Below, piece by piece: positions 37,491 through 51,016 of a DNA stretch of 64,000 bases. The stretch is from assembly GCA_003971905.1 (NCBI GenBank), contig RSEE01000042.1, positions 124,001-188,000 of the forward strand. The letters are read 5' to 3'. A program made the translations under genes and the position numbers. Each line of letters opens with the position of its first letter. Position 1 is the first letter of the stretch. A model generated the notes under the pieces. The model ran no database searches, had not been told where the DNA came from, and was given only the letters and a program-made list of their open reading frames with translations. This DNA is from Moniliella sp. 'wahieum'. Taxonomy: Eukaryota.

Positions 37491-39559
37491 GGACGGTACT
37501 AACACTCTCAACCAGAAAAGGACTGGCGACCAGCCCTACTACAGGCGGGAAGGGTATCCCAGGGCGTCCCACCTCGAGGATCGCGCCCCATGACGACAGT
37601 AGATTGTTATCGCACAAGTTCTCCAAATTTACAGGAGAAAGGATCCGTGTGGTACCCAGGTTAGGAGAGTACATCGAATCCAAGTGTGGAAGGATGGAAA
37701 AGTCAGACCTCTCGCCGTGTAGTATACGTGGAAAACACGATGTAATACCCCGGAGGCACAATACGTGCGACGCGGGCAGAATGTCCTTTGCAACAGTGTA
37801 AAAGTATAGATGTGGTCCGATGTAGGAGGTCCACCACCTTCCACGTGTATTTCCTTGCGCTTGGCCCATGCCTGCTTCCCTCTCGGTAGGTTTGATGATT
37901 GCAGCCTCTATATAGATTCTACTCACTCAGGTCCTTCAGCGTCTCAGCCCTCTTTGCTGCATGGAGAGGATGCATTGCTTACTATGTATCAATTGGGTAC
38001 ACGGAGTCTCAGTACCATGTGTCAGAACTCAGACGATGAGGAGAGAGGAATAAGTATTCCTGTTAATTAATGATTACTGAATCGGGGGGATGTGGTCGAT
38101 GTGCTTTTCTGATGCATGATGTTCGTAAGAAGAGCAAGCGCGAGGAGGCAGCTATACGAAAATTGTGAGGGTGGATCGAGAGGGCAGTAGGATTCGGGCT
38201 GACTATAGGGGTCACGCGTGGGTCATGGGGAGGAAGGAGAGGAGGGGTATCCACTCCCAGTGTACTTACATCCAACAACCAGCCGGGTGGAAAAAGAGAC
38301 TGGCATGGCTACACTAGTATACATGAAAAAGCAGAGCCCGGGGGGTTACTCTAAAACCGGCATCGGGGCACACCGAACGGGGTTACCGGTCACCGCAGTA
38401 AGCTTTTCTCATCTACATCAACGGAGACACCGATGTAAATGTAAAAGTTGGTAGTTGCGAAGAGCCAAGGACAAACCACACGAGCGCACTCTGAGTAACA
38501 GAGAGTAGTAGTAAGTAGCCTTGCAAATCTATCGGATGCATGCAAGGCATGGGTCGTATGGCAACGTATGCTGGGTTTCGCTAGCTATTCAGATATGAGA
38601 TACCAACAGACCTTAGGGGGGACGGACCTCTCCTGTCACGACGGTCTATTGTTAGCGATGCTGGCGATGGGGAAAAAAAAGGGGGATGGTATTCCAGGGA
38701 GCTAAGCAGAGCTATACCTATGGGCCATGATAGGCTGGGACCGGAAGCCAGTGGAAGCTCGTGGAATTAAGGTCGGATGGACTGCCCCGATATGACTGTG
38801 GTGTATCGGCCCACGTGTCACTAAAGGCCGATGGGCTCTATTAGACCTCTGATGGTGGTCAACGCCTCCTTCTTCATCTCACGATCATCATCGAGACATT
38901 GTTTTTCCACCTCTTTTTCCGCATTCTTCTATCGATCTCTTTCTTCACTCTGCTCCAGTGGTGGCTATGAATATTGAACTACTGAGTTACTGAGAGCAGG
39001 TGTGGCCTGCACACTATACGCCTACACTCCCATTCGAATTAACGTCGTCTCGTCTCCTGCTTGTCCCCCATCAGGTGAGTGGAAAAGCTTGGGAACTTGG
39101 AGCTTTTAGTGTGACATGTGAGCATGTGAAAAATCTGAGAGAGGCTTTAAGCTTTATGTAGCCACGGATCAGTCACGGTGAGCGGCTGTGCTCAGCTATC
39201 GTAACATTAACACAACATTTATAACGTTTATCCTATTGCAATCGCAAATGGCATGCGTGGAAGACGGGCGAATGTGTGTGGTGATCAATGGAAGTGGATG
39301 AACTATGCGATCGATGAGGCGGCGGCGCTGAAGCCAGCTACGTGTGCTAGGGCGGAGTAATAATTTTGATCCGGCGAATGTGTGAGCAAGAACAGTGCGA
39401 GAGAACGGAGTGTGTTGGGTCTGTGAAAACGGAGTGTTGGGTGGTTGAACTGATTGTACGTATGTCGTGGCAGCCAAGTCGTGTTTGGGGGGAGGGGTCA
39501 AACAGTTCGATGCTCGTGCGCTCTGTCCCGTTCTTGGTCATCAGTCCCCACGGAGAAAG

Positions 39560-41190
39560 TGAAGCTACTGAGTACTGAAGCTTGAAGCATGAAGCAGGAG
39601 GCTAGCCTGGAAAGCGAAACGGTAAAACCCGTACCCGGTAAAACCGTGAAAATGCACCACAAAAGTATACTATAACCGCGGTTCCCGGTTACTAGGTACC
39701 CTACGGCCTATATACTACTTGACCAGAAGCTTAAAGCTAAGCATAGCCTTGTTAAGACGCCAGTCACAACATCACTGGCTCCTCAAGCATCACTTGCACC
39801 ACTAGTCACTAGCATAGCCACACTAGTCACTAGTCACTCTAGTCACTCTAGTCACTAGTCACTGTGGTCACTTCAATCATTTTAATCGTTAGTACTTGGT
39901 GAAGTATAATTGATCCTATAACTAGTGACACAGGTGACATGTGACAGTTACTAGTCACTATTAGTCACTAGTCACTGTGGCTGACTTATATCCCGGCGTG
40001 AAGCGTAAAGCATGAGTACGTGAGTGCCTGAGAAGCAGATCCGGTCACATGTCACATGTCAATGTCACATATCACATGTCGCATGCTGCATATGTAAGGT
40101 GCATGAGGCCTTAGGATCTGAGAGATGTCGATGATTGGGGCCATGTAGCATGTTGCATGTGATAGCGGCGGGGGAAGCTACGGCCTGCTACGACAGGGCG
40201 CAGCGGCTTGGGGATATAGAAAAAGCAAAAGAAAGCGTATATAATTTGCGCACCGTCCACTGTTAGTATATATCGATTGCGAATTATCGATTATCGATTA
40301 TCGCGATTGCCGTCATGCATGCCATCTGTCATTCTATCATGGATCATGCCAGTTTCTAGCCGATTATGTCATGATGGGAAGAGTCCCTGGTGTCCCAATT
40401 GGTGCCAATGCTTCAATCTCTTATTCAAGTATCTGAAATGCTCTCCTGCCCCAGCGAGCTGCCTACTAGTATCCCAATGCGTTGCAGTCTCGGTGGAAGC
40501 ATACATATGAAGAGTAAGGCGCTATATAGTAACTATAATTCTAGGTCCACACTGAGCGCGGTGAGGCCTGGGGCCGGTGAGACTCTTAGCTTCAGCGTTC
40601 GGCAGGCACCCAGCACGCTCGGTCTAATCTGAGGAGGGAGAACGAGAGACGTTTATTGGCGCATCAGCCGTCAGCGCGTCAGCGCATCTGTTGTATTAGC
40701 ACCCTCTCAGCACCACAAGGTCGTCTGAGTTCTGAGAGGCTCACAGGCATGAGACCATTTTGGTGGTTGGTGTCACATCGATGCCTTCACATGTCAATAC
40801 CATGTCAACTGTGAGTCAAGCATTCTGGTTCTAGCAGGTGCTAGCCCCTCTCCGTGCTTCTCACCCTCTCGTAATCGTCAATGATCGATTATCCCTCCAC
40901 ACATGGGGCATCATCATCTGCGGCTTTGTGGGTCCACATGTGACAGTGATGTGACATTACATGTGGCCATTTCATCGATTTCATCGATATCATCGTATTT
41001 CCCAAACAACACACCCTACCGCACCCTACCGTACCCCTCAGGAGGCTTTTGGTTTTGTGTGCAACCCGAAGCCAAAAAGCCGGCCTCTGTTGCCAACCAA
41101 TACCCAACGGCTGATCGGCGCGGTACGTGCGTTACGCCGGATGCGTTACTTGTTCCTAGTTTTATTATTAGTTCCTAGCTTTACTCCGCA

Positions 41191-41221
<31 letters not shown>

Positions 41222-41435
41222 CTGAAGAGAAGCTAGAAGGCTTGAAGCTTGAGGCGCTCACCGAGGCTCCAAGCACTACGAGGACTGACAGTACTGACAG
41301 TACTGACATGTGACATGTTGTGTGACGCATGTGACGTGTGTGACTAGTGCCATCCTCCCTTCTCCAGACATCCCGCCACTCTGTCGAGAGAACTGTGCGG
41401 TATAATCGTAATCAATAATCGATAATCGATAATCC
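39560..41435. repeat. Cluster of period-7 palindromic micro-repeats
   Basis: (CACTAGT)n 39800-39980, (CACATGT)n 40044-40080, (TATCGAT)n 40285-40302, (GGTAACC)4 41190-41220, (TAATCGA)n 41415-41433. Confidence 0.85.
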
Positions 41436-41974
41436 CATCTCACAGATCCCAGGCAGCCTTTCTGTTTCTGCTGTGCCTCTCCACTTCTTTGTCCCGCAGT
41501 AGGGGCTAGTTCGCCGGGGTCTTCGCTCGAGCCCAGTATCCCACAGAACGGGACTCAATATCGGACCTGTGCGACTACTGCATCCGGGGTGAAAAAGGCA
41601 ATCGACTTTTGCCAAGTATTTTGAAGCGACACTGCGCCCCGATCTCTCGCACTGGGACCATCAATGATATATCGTAACTCTGCGCTCTTACAGATCCACA
41701 TTCTCACAGTAATACTCAGTTCAGACTCAGATTCAAGACCCAACAGAACTCAGACCGCAGACTGAGACCCGCACTTTCTGCGCTTTAGGGGAGCCTCATC
41801 CGGCTAGCTGGTAGTACTCTCCACTTCTTTCGTTGGTTCTGTACCATCGCTACTGCTGTCGCTGCCGAACGTCAGTTGGGTCCCTCTCGTTGTGCGTGTT
41901 GCCGTATACGCCGTTCCGTGCCTTCGTCGCTCTCTACGTTTTGATCTGCTCTTCGCAATATTCTCTCTTTCACC

Positions 41975-44752
41975 ATGAATCATCAATCCTCCATGCTCAA
42001 CAACAACATTATGTCTCCCACTCTCGCGACCACTGCCCCTACCGGTATGACATTAGCCTCCAGCTCTCCGACGTCGCCGCTGCTATCCCAACTGTCCTTA
42101 TCGCCACCCACTCTCTTCTCTGTCAGCCCCTGTCCCACTCGCACACTGGCCCCACTTCCGACTTGTCCCCCCACTCCAGCTCTGGAGAAGCAAACGAGTT
42201 GGTGGGCGGACGGACTAGCCGGATGCGCACTCGGAGAGCCTGCGACTCTTGCCGGAGCAAAAAGACGCGTTGTTTGATGCTCGACGGAGAAGTGGTATGT
42301 GAGCAATGCAAGTTCTACTCGGCTGGTATGTCCCTGCACCCATCTCTCTTGCCTTCTATTTTGGTGCCTTTTGCACTTCATACCTAACCCATCTTTTGAT
42401 AGAGTGTACATTCCATCTTCCCATTTCCGAGACCCGTTTGAAGCGCAAACGCGATCGTCGTCCCCATCCCAGGGAAGACCTGTACCGCGGCTGGCCTGCG
42501 AGTCAGGGCACCCCGACCAGTCTGTTTGCCCCAACATGCTAGGTGGGGCGTATGACCCACTGTTGGATGATGTCTCCCTCATCTCTATCGGGACGTCGGG
42601 GTGGCAGTATCTCCCATTGGTCACTCCCCAGACTTGGGTGGGTCGCCATCCCTTACAACATACCTACCTCCCAATAGGTATCACCACCCTCGGCTGCTAA
42701 CTTGGCCCAAATCCAGTTGCCCATTCACGCTTCCATGCAGCTTCCCACCAGTATCATGCCGCCCCCTATTCACGCCCCCATCCCTATCTCAAACGCAGCC
42801 CGATCCCAACCTTCCGCCCTGCCTTCCGTCCAGTCTTCTGCGCTGTCTTCCGACCCTTACTCCGTCATGCCCTCTGCCCAACCCTTTGTTCCGCCTCTCC
42901 AACATCCCTCCGTCCAGTCCCCGTTCTTTATCCCTGGACCTTGCCAACCCCATCCCCCCCATCTCCTCTGATGCTGACCCAACAGAGGAAGGAGCAAGGA
43001 TCAAGGAGACTACTGGGCTCGGTCCCACGTCCACGGACTTCCTCTTGTTCTCGTCTGCCCACATGCCAGAACAAGCCCATTCCCTCCTTGACGATCAACA
43101 TACCAACTATTCTCTACAAACGTTAGTGGCGACGACGGTCGGGGGGCATCGAACTGGTTCGGCCGCAAGTGCGAGACGACGCGGAGGAAGGTGTGCGTCA
43201 TCGGTGACGATGCCCTCTGTGGTGCAGACCCAGCTCTCACGCGACGTGCGGGAGAAGTTGATCGGCGGGTACTTTGAGCAAGTAGCTCCTCTGGTGCCAT
43301 GCTGAGTAAGAGGGACTTCATCCAACTTCACCCCTCGGCCTCGGTGTTGCTCGTCTCGAGCATCATGGCTGCTGGGGCACTACGGCGGACTGTACCCTAC
43401 TCTGTTCTCTCCTCCGCTCGGACGGCGGGTGAACGAGATGATACGGGAGTCGGATGTGCTGTCGAGCTGCCAGGTCGAGACACTCTATGCCATGCTCATC
43501 CTCTCGGCACATCCGACTTGCATGGCTCGGTGGCAGCGCAATGCACCACGCGGTGCTGGAACCGGGCTGGATTGGTCGTGCGCATGGCCCAAGGGGGGGC
43601 CTTCACCGTCACGCCGTCGGACCAGCTAATACCCAGACCGAGAAGGTGGTCCAGGCACGCAAGCGACGGCTGTGGGGGGAAGTGGTGATGTACGATCGAT
43701 GGATCTCGATCCAACTCGGTCGTCCATTCGCGGGGTGGAATTGACGGATTTTGATGTACCGGACCCGTCGGGGCAGGAGGATGGGCAGCAGAAAATACGA
43801 TACCCTCGCTACGTTTTCCGTGCAATGCTGCAGGGAACGGTCTTGCTGGGCAGGGTGGTCAAAACGGTCTACAGTCCTACGGGGGCGAGGAATTTGACGG
43901 ATCAAGTACTGCACCAACTCGTCACCGACCTGGACACTTGGAACAATTGTTTACCCCCTTGTCTGGGTGGGAGCGCACACCCACCGCGCAGGCAGGTATG
44001 CTGCACGTGTTGCACGCCGCCGCGCAGATCTTGCTTCACCGTGTATTTTTGCGGCGCGTCGGAGGTATGCCCTGCTGATTTGGGCTTTCGCGTGACGCCC
44101 GAGCGTAGTGCGCAGCTCCTGCACTGGGCCAAGAGCAGCGTCGCATTTGCCGACGCCAATGATCTGGCGCTCGACGTATCGGGAGCAGTGACGTACTCGT
44201 TGGTGATCTGTGCTACGATGCTCTACCACGCGTTCTCACCACCCGGGATGCAGAAGCCTTCCATGCCCTGCATCGGTTGCGGCAGACGTTTCAAACGCAT
44301 GCCCGACCAGAATCGCAGTTGCAGTCGGTGCGAGACCGGGCTGTGCAAAGTGTGAGTATGCTCTGTGATCGGGCAACGCGCGCTGGACAAGTGGACCAAC
44401 AGGAGACAGGGATACATGATGGCCCACTCAATCCGCCTTTCGGTGTTCAAATCCGTACTGCCCCATATCCAGAAGCACGAGGAACTCTACCCTGCTGCAA
44501 ATAATGAAACAAATGAAAGAGATCCCACAGTTCCCTACTTTCCCTTTCCTATCGCTGGAGCCTGGCTGGACTTTACCCACGGTCGGTATGCCGTTTGGTC
44601 TGCTGGACAAGTCCGTTGGAATGTCCTATGTGGATCGGGAGCTGGGATCACGGCAGCGTCTACGTTGCCTACTCCCGAGAGGGGGGGCGAGCGGGTTTCT
44701 CTCCCCCTCCGTCCCGCTGGGCGGTGCGGCGCCGCCACATTATAATTCCTGA
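41975..44752 (+). CDS. Zn(II)2Cys6 transcription factor (intron in the cluster at ~42326-42402; 3' end approximate)
   Basis: RRACDSCRSKKTRC......CEQCKFYSA/ECTFHLPISETRLKRK; YFEQVAPL; RKRRLWGEVVMYDRWISIQLGRP; LLGRVVKTVYSPTG. Confidence 0.9.
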
Positions 44753-44959
44753 ACACCGAGGCAAGAACCGACTCGCTGCCACTGGTAGGCGGGGCGAGGA
44801 CTTGGGCCGCCTAGGGCAAGCACCCGCCTTGACCCTACTTTGACCCCAGCATGCCGGGGGAAGCGTCCCAAGGGTACCAGGTCGCGCCAAGGGATCCACA
44901 ACACTTGACCCCATTACCGGTTAGTATGAGTGCTTACCACTTCAGTGTTCTTGAAGATG

Positions 44960-47900
44960 CTAACCCTCAAATGCCTGTCTCGCCATATTCCAGATGCCAT
45001 ATCCAATGTGATGATTAGGGCACCCTGGCCACGTTGGCAACGCACAGGACCAAGTGTCCCCCCCCCCTATTAGTGGGCAAAAGACCCGTGCCCTTACTGT
45101 CTTGTGCGGCACTTGTATGCTCTTCCGTTTCTTCCCTTTATCTTCCCCCCTATGCACCACTTGACGATCAGCAGCGCGCCTTGGGCGGGTAAACCGCTGC
45201 AGGTATGTGCGCAGCACAACACAAGGATGTAGATAAGGGTTGAACGTTGACGGCCGACAAGGAGGAGGTAGCAGAGGCAAAGTGGGGTATGGAGCTGCCA
45301 TGGCTTCTTTCTGCGAGGTAGGAAGCAAGTTAGGAAGAAGCAGCATAGGGCCGAAGTAATCCCCAATCCACAGGTTGCCCCGTGCCGTGCCGAGACACAG
45401 GACCCCCTGTGCCTCGTCCAGACAAATCTCCGCCATGATATCCGAGCGGCTTGGCGGGCCGAAAGTGGACGAGGTGCGGGGACGGCGGGGCGGGCGCAAA
45501 GGCGGGAGAAAGGAGATGGTAGAAGGAAGCGAGCTAGGGGGCACTAGCCGTGGAGATACTAGGGTAGAGAGGCGCAGGCAGCGAAGGTGGAGGCGGAGGA
45601 GCGAGGGGAAGAGAAGAGGGTAAAACTAGCGGGGTGGCAGGACAGTAAGTAGCAGGGGGGACGGAAGAGGAGAGGGAAGGCGAAGGGAGGGCGTCGGAGG
45701 AGGAAAAACGTAGTTGGACTAGAAGATGCCGTCCTGCCCCGCCCCCCCGGCTTCGAGGGGCGGGCGGGGCGGGGCGGGTCCGGGACATGAATCCGGTCCT
45801 GTGAGGAGCAGAGTCGCGCGCGCCTTCCCTGCGATGAAGAGGGAGCCGACTGGTGGGCCGAGCAGGCGCTCGAGCCGCCTCAAGTCGGCAGAAGAAGGCG
45901 AGGGTTCGGCACTGGGCAGGCCGACGTCGGGCGTAGGACGAAGCGGAAGGAGGTGGGCGGCCGAGGCGGCGTGAAGGGCACGTGCCTGTGTGTGCAGCGA
46001 ACCTTCCTCTCTGCGTTCCAGGTCGGGAGGTAGGAGCTGAGGGAACCACTGACTGAGGCGACAGACAGGGGGTAGAGGCGCGGGTAGAAACAGGGTCGTC
46101 GACACTTTGGGAGCCCGCCGCACTTTCGTTCTCCCACCGTGCTGACTTCTCCTCTTCTACCCAAGAGCGGCGAGTCAAAAGCTGAACACAGTACACAGGT
46201 GGAATACTCCAATCATGGGTCCCATGATAACTGCCGTCGTCCGGTCGCACCAATGCTCGTGTGCTTACCCGATCCACCTCGGCGCGAGAAAGAAGGACAG
46301 GTGGCCAGTCGTACGGGAACAACAGGGGCTCTGACTCGTCTACTCCGTCGTGGACGTCGGTCCGATTCGTTGTTTCTGACAAGCCACGCAAAGCGTACTG
46401 CGATACGGCGCGGCTGTCGGCGACTGGATACAATCTCCTGTGGCCGCGAGCGACGGAGGCGACGGCGGGGACGCCGAAGAGATGGTATGCGTACGACGGG
46501 CGGTGCTCCATTTCCTCCGAAAAGGTGGCAGTGAGGGGCCGGCTGGACTCAGCAAAGGGCAAGGGTACACAAGCTAAGAGCTGCCCGGTTCCGGGGGGAG
46601 GGGATGCCCCTCCTCGTCCTCCAGGTCAAAGGGGAAACGCATGTCCTCCCCTCCCAAGGGGGGCCAAGGGGTAGAAGCAGGTGGGCGTAGAGGCACGCGA
46701 GAAGGAAGTGGATACCGACTCGGTATAGACCGAACGGCGACGAGCAGGAATCCCCCGCTCATCCCACCCAGTGTCGGAGGAACTTCGGCTTCGATCGTCC
46801 AGGTCGGGCAAGAGGAAGACCTGGAGCAGTCCCGAATCCGAAACACAGACAACCGTATGCTCCAGCAGCTTGAGCGCGTTGACTGCATGTCTCCTTCGTG
46901 GGGTGATGGATGCGCTGCGCCCTGACGCCCACTCAAACACCTGCACATCGCCATTGTACACCGCCACCGCTGCACAGCGTCAGCATTACCTCACATGAGA
47001 GCGGCGGGGAGTGAATGGGAAGGGGACGTACGATCGTGTCCGCGGGAGTGAGATGGCACGTGCAATAAACCGGTCTCCATAGGGGTTGGACAAGGGTAGT
47101 CCGCCACGCTGTGGCCATTGGCCACATCCACCACGTAGATCATGCAGCACATGCTTGACACACAGCTACCCACTGCAATCACCAGTCTATTGTCCGTTGA
47201 GCTCTGCGTCGAGGCACAGAATTTCCACGCCGGTATCAATGCCGCCAAGAGGCGGTTGCTTCCCTTCACTCGTCGGTGGCGGAGCCTTGACGGGTGCGGA
47301 GGGGGGGACGGGTGCTCCACTGTCCTCGACTTACGGGAGCTGGAAGAGCGGAGCGAGCGGCGTGGCGGCGGCGCGATCGCTCAGTGTGCAGCCGCAGCTC
47401 TGCCGCTTCGGTAGACATAGCAGGGAGTCCGCCACAGCGACTGTGCGGCCTGGCTCAGAGGAAGAGGACGGTGCGGCCAGAGGAGCGGACAAGTCCCAGA
47501 TCCGGATCCAGTTGTCAACCGAGGCGGTGAGGACGAGCAGTCCCTGGGGGCAGGCAAGGAGCTTCATACAGGTGATGCGGTCGATGTGGGCGCGAATGCG
47601 TTGGACGGCGAGTGGTTCAGATCGTACATCTCCCAGAGCGGGGCAAGTGTGATGGGCCGCAGCATTGGACCATAAGCGCGTGCTGCAGTGGCGTGCGCGC
47701 GGGCAATGGGGTGGCCGTAGAGGGTGGTGGCGAGGGGGTTGGTGAGGGTTTTGGCGAAGTGACTGGCGAGGTGGCCGTGGCGGGCGGGGCGTCTTCGGGA
47801 GGAAAAGGGACCTGAACAGGGCGGGACGGGCACGCCAGAATCGACGAGCGCGTCGGCGAGAGACATCCAGAGATGGGCATCGGAAGCGATGGAGTGCCAG

Positions 47901-48011
47901 TAGCGACAGACCCTGGCATGTCAGCAGGTCTCGCGCGGGTAGGAGGACAAAAATGCTGGCGAGCAGCTCGACGGGGAGCGACGCGAAGGTGATGGTGGGC
48001 GCGGGGGCCAT
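44960..48011 (-). CDS. F-box / WD40-repeat protein (3' end approximate)
   Basis: F-box FASLPVELLASIFVLLPARDLLTCQGLS; WD repeat AHIDRITCMKL...LVLTASVDNWIRIWDL; further beta-strand repeats. Confidence 0.75.
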
Positions 48012-48460
48012 GGCGGGGCCATGCGAGAGACGTGCGCAGCAGCGGGAGGGACAGAGGGGTGGTGGTGGAGGTGGTCCGGTACTGGGAGTACAGCTCAACA
48101 CACTTGACCCAAAACCCATCGTCCCCAGCTACCTGCCAAGGTCTGTCCGTGCACGGTCACCGGCTAGGGTTGTGCCCTCTACACATCCAGGGCGCTACAA
48201 ACCGACACAATCTGTTATGCCTCCTCTGCCCGTCCTGCCGCATCGACCTCGCCGCTCATCGACCTATCGCTTCCCCAATCCCGACTCTCCAGCAAAACTC
48301 ATCTCCCCTGCGTGCGGGAACCAACCCAATCTGATTGCAACCCTGCGCCTCCCAAGCGCAGCGCGAGACGAGACCTTCCGCCTTAAAACAAGACCCTCCC
48401 CATCTCGTCAATTGGCAATACTAGCGGTTGGAGGATGCCCCTCAAGCGCCATGCGTGACC

Positions 48461-49011
48461 TTACGCCGACTTGACCAGGTTGCGGTGCAAGTGCGGGTCG
48501 ACCTCCGTGACCTTGGAAAGGAGTTTGTCCAGGACGGCCTCCTTGTTGGCGTTGAAGAGCGACGTGATCTCAGCCAGCTGCACTTCCGTGTCCTTGTCCA
48601 CCTTCGCCTGGATCTCCGAAACAGAGCCTTGGTTCTGAGATATGTGTCAGTGCGACCTCCCCTTGAGGAACGCGGTGTCAGGGAATCCTCCCCCCCTTCC
48701 TACACCCCCTGAAAACGGGCCTGCAAGACGGTACCCCTCAACCACCAGAAAAAGGAAATAAAAAACGTACCTTCTTCTCGAACTCTTCGAACTCAGATTG
48801 CTTCTGCGCACGAATCTCTTCGATCTCCTTTGCGGCCTCGGTACGGCGTCCTTGAGCTTCTGTGTCCGGTCTGGCAGCGGGGTCAGTCATGGGCTGTTCG
48901 TGCGGCAGGAACGAGGGGGGACGTACAAGCACGGGCCTTCTGGACAATCTTGGCAGCCTCCTTCTCGGCCTCGAGGAGGGTGGAAATTCCCTGGGACTGC
49001 TGGGCGGCCAT
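48461..49011 (-). CDS. VMA10: V-type H+-ATPase subunit G, two introns
   Basis: MAAQQSQGISTLLEAEKEAAKIVQKAR / RTQKLKDAR.EAAKEIEEIRAQKQSEFEEFEKK. Confidence 0.96.
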
Positions 49012-49571
49012 CGGGGTCAAGTGGAGGGCAGGGAGGACGGGGGTGGGAGCGGTGGTGGTGGGGGCGGCGGGCATTCGGCGCTGCTGGCCTGCCTGCCCAT
49101 CCGCCCATGCCCCGGAGCGAACTCGCTTACCTCATCCGCGGGCCGTATCACCCTAATGTGAAATTTGGGTGAGCACGTTGCACGTTGCGGCCGGAAACAT
49201 TTCATTTGTCTGTCCTCTTCCCTTGCGGTGGCTATCAATTGGACAGACGCATCCCACCTCTCTGCCACCCCACCAGATCGGCCTCAGCGCCACAGCAGGG
49301 GTAAACGAGTCCCGGTTACCGGTTACAGGTGGAAGCCTACGCAAGCAGAACGCAGCCCTTGTCATCCGGCGGAATCAACCGTCTAGACAGACTCGAAGAG
49401 TGCGAGGAGAGCAAGAGTGGGGCGAGCGAATATATGAGAAGGTACGGGATCATGAGAAGCACAGGGAAAACGCAGAAGATGAGAGGAAGAGAGAGGCACA
49501 GCTCCTCACCACCAGACAAAGAGGTCAAGGAACGTGTGGTAGCAGAACAAAAAAACAATAGGGCCATCAAA

Positions 49572-51016
49572 TTAAACGAACAAGGCTGCTGCGCCACCGA
49601 GCGCCGCGAGAGCCGCGCCACCCACCGCCTCAACAGGGAAGGTCGAGTCGGCAGGGCTTTTCTTGTTGTGGTCGCTTGCAGATTGGCTGCTGGCAGCAGC
49701 GCCCGAGGAGGCAGAGAGTGTGGCCTGGGAGGTAGAGGAGATCACACCAACCTGCAGTGAGGCGGCGGAAGAGGCAGTGATGGAAGCCGAGGGAATGCCA
49801 CTGGGCATGACGTTGCCCCCCGTGTACTGGGCAAAGTTGGGGTAGACAAACGTGTTTTCCCGGTACGGCTGTGTCTTGTTGCGGCACACGTCGACGGGCA
49901 CAATGTACTTGAAGTTTTGTGCGATGGTAGGGTACTCTGAAGGCGGAGCAAAACAATGAGGTCAGCGTCTGTCCACAAAAATTCAAGCACGACAGCAAAA
50001 TTAACCAGGCCAACGACGTACCGTTCATCATGAGCTGCATCGTGTCACCATTGATCTCGTGGGTGAGAACGAGAACACCACTGGGGTTGGTCTTGCCCTG
50101 GCTGATGATGGAGGCGTAGTTGGCTTCGATCTCGGACGAAGGAGCGGTGCCCTGGGGCTGAATGCTCCAGTCGTTGGTGTCGTCGGTCCAAAAACCGTGT
50201 CGAGGCCGAGGCCATAGGCAATCGCACGCACACGATCGTCCACGTCGCCGTACGGCGGACGCCAGGAGTAACAGTGACGCCGGTGACCCACTTGATTGCC
50301 TTAACGTGTAGAAGAGCTCGGCAAAGACCTGGGTGCTGTTGAGAGAAGTCATGTAGTGATGCGACCAGGTGTGGGCGCCAAGTTGATGACCGTCGGTCAA
50401 ACCACGCTGGGCCTGCAACGGCCAGTCCAATACGTTGGATCCAATATAAAAGAGGGTGGCCTTTTGATTCTTGGACTTGAGGAAGTCGTAGTAGAAAGCA
50501 TTGTGGGTGCAGTTGGGGCCATCGTCAAACGTCAGCCCCCACGTTTCAGGCTGGTTACACGTGTACACGTCCGGAGGGACGCCAGGTGCCTTGGGGTGCA
50601 CACACTTGGTCTCGGTCCACCAGCAGTCGGGATCCTGAGCGGTGTTGTACTGGGTGCCCTGCTCGGAACCGGTGGGCTGGCCCTTGGGGGCGGTGTTGGG
50701 CACCTGGACCTGCTTTTGCAAGGCGCCAGACCGAGTTGGCTTCCTGGTCGGAAGGCATAATGTCGGCAATCTGCCAAATGGTGGGAAGGCGGTCTTGAAG
50801 GATGAGGGGGGGCATAGTTGTAGTAGGTGCACTCCTGGGTGGGGTGGTGACGGACTGCCAGGCCTGGTCGTTGTAGGTGGCCTGGCGACGCTGCATGCCC
50901 CGCTTGGCGGCCTGCGCCTGGAGCTGGGGACCCATGCGGCCGGGGAAGCCGGCGCCAAGGTGGGCGGATGCATCGCTGGCGGCCATGAGCAGGCCCACAA
51001 GCGCGATGGAGAGCAT
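49572..51016 (-). CDS. Secreted, probably GPI-anchored chitin deacetylase (CE4/NodB; Cryptococcus MP98/Cda-like)
   Basis: Signal peptide MLSIALVGLLMAA; DPDCWWT..KC; WGLTFDDGPNCTHNAF; ATLFYIGSNV; HTWSHHYMT; WRPPYGDVDDRVRAIA; LVLTHEI; Ser-rich stalk and hydrophobic C-terminus. Confidence 0.95.

Noticed and set aside
25370..51016. KRE6, ERG2, CDA and two Zn2Cys6 factors as a cell-wall or biosynthetic gene cluster
   Set aside because: Interspersed with unrelated housekeeping genes, with no backbone enzyme or shared motif seen.
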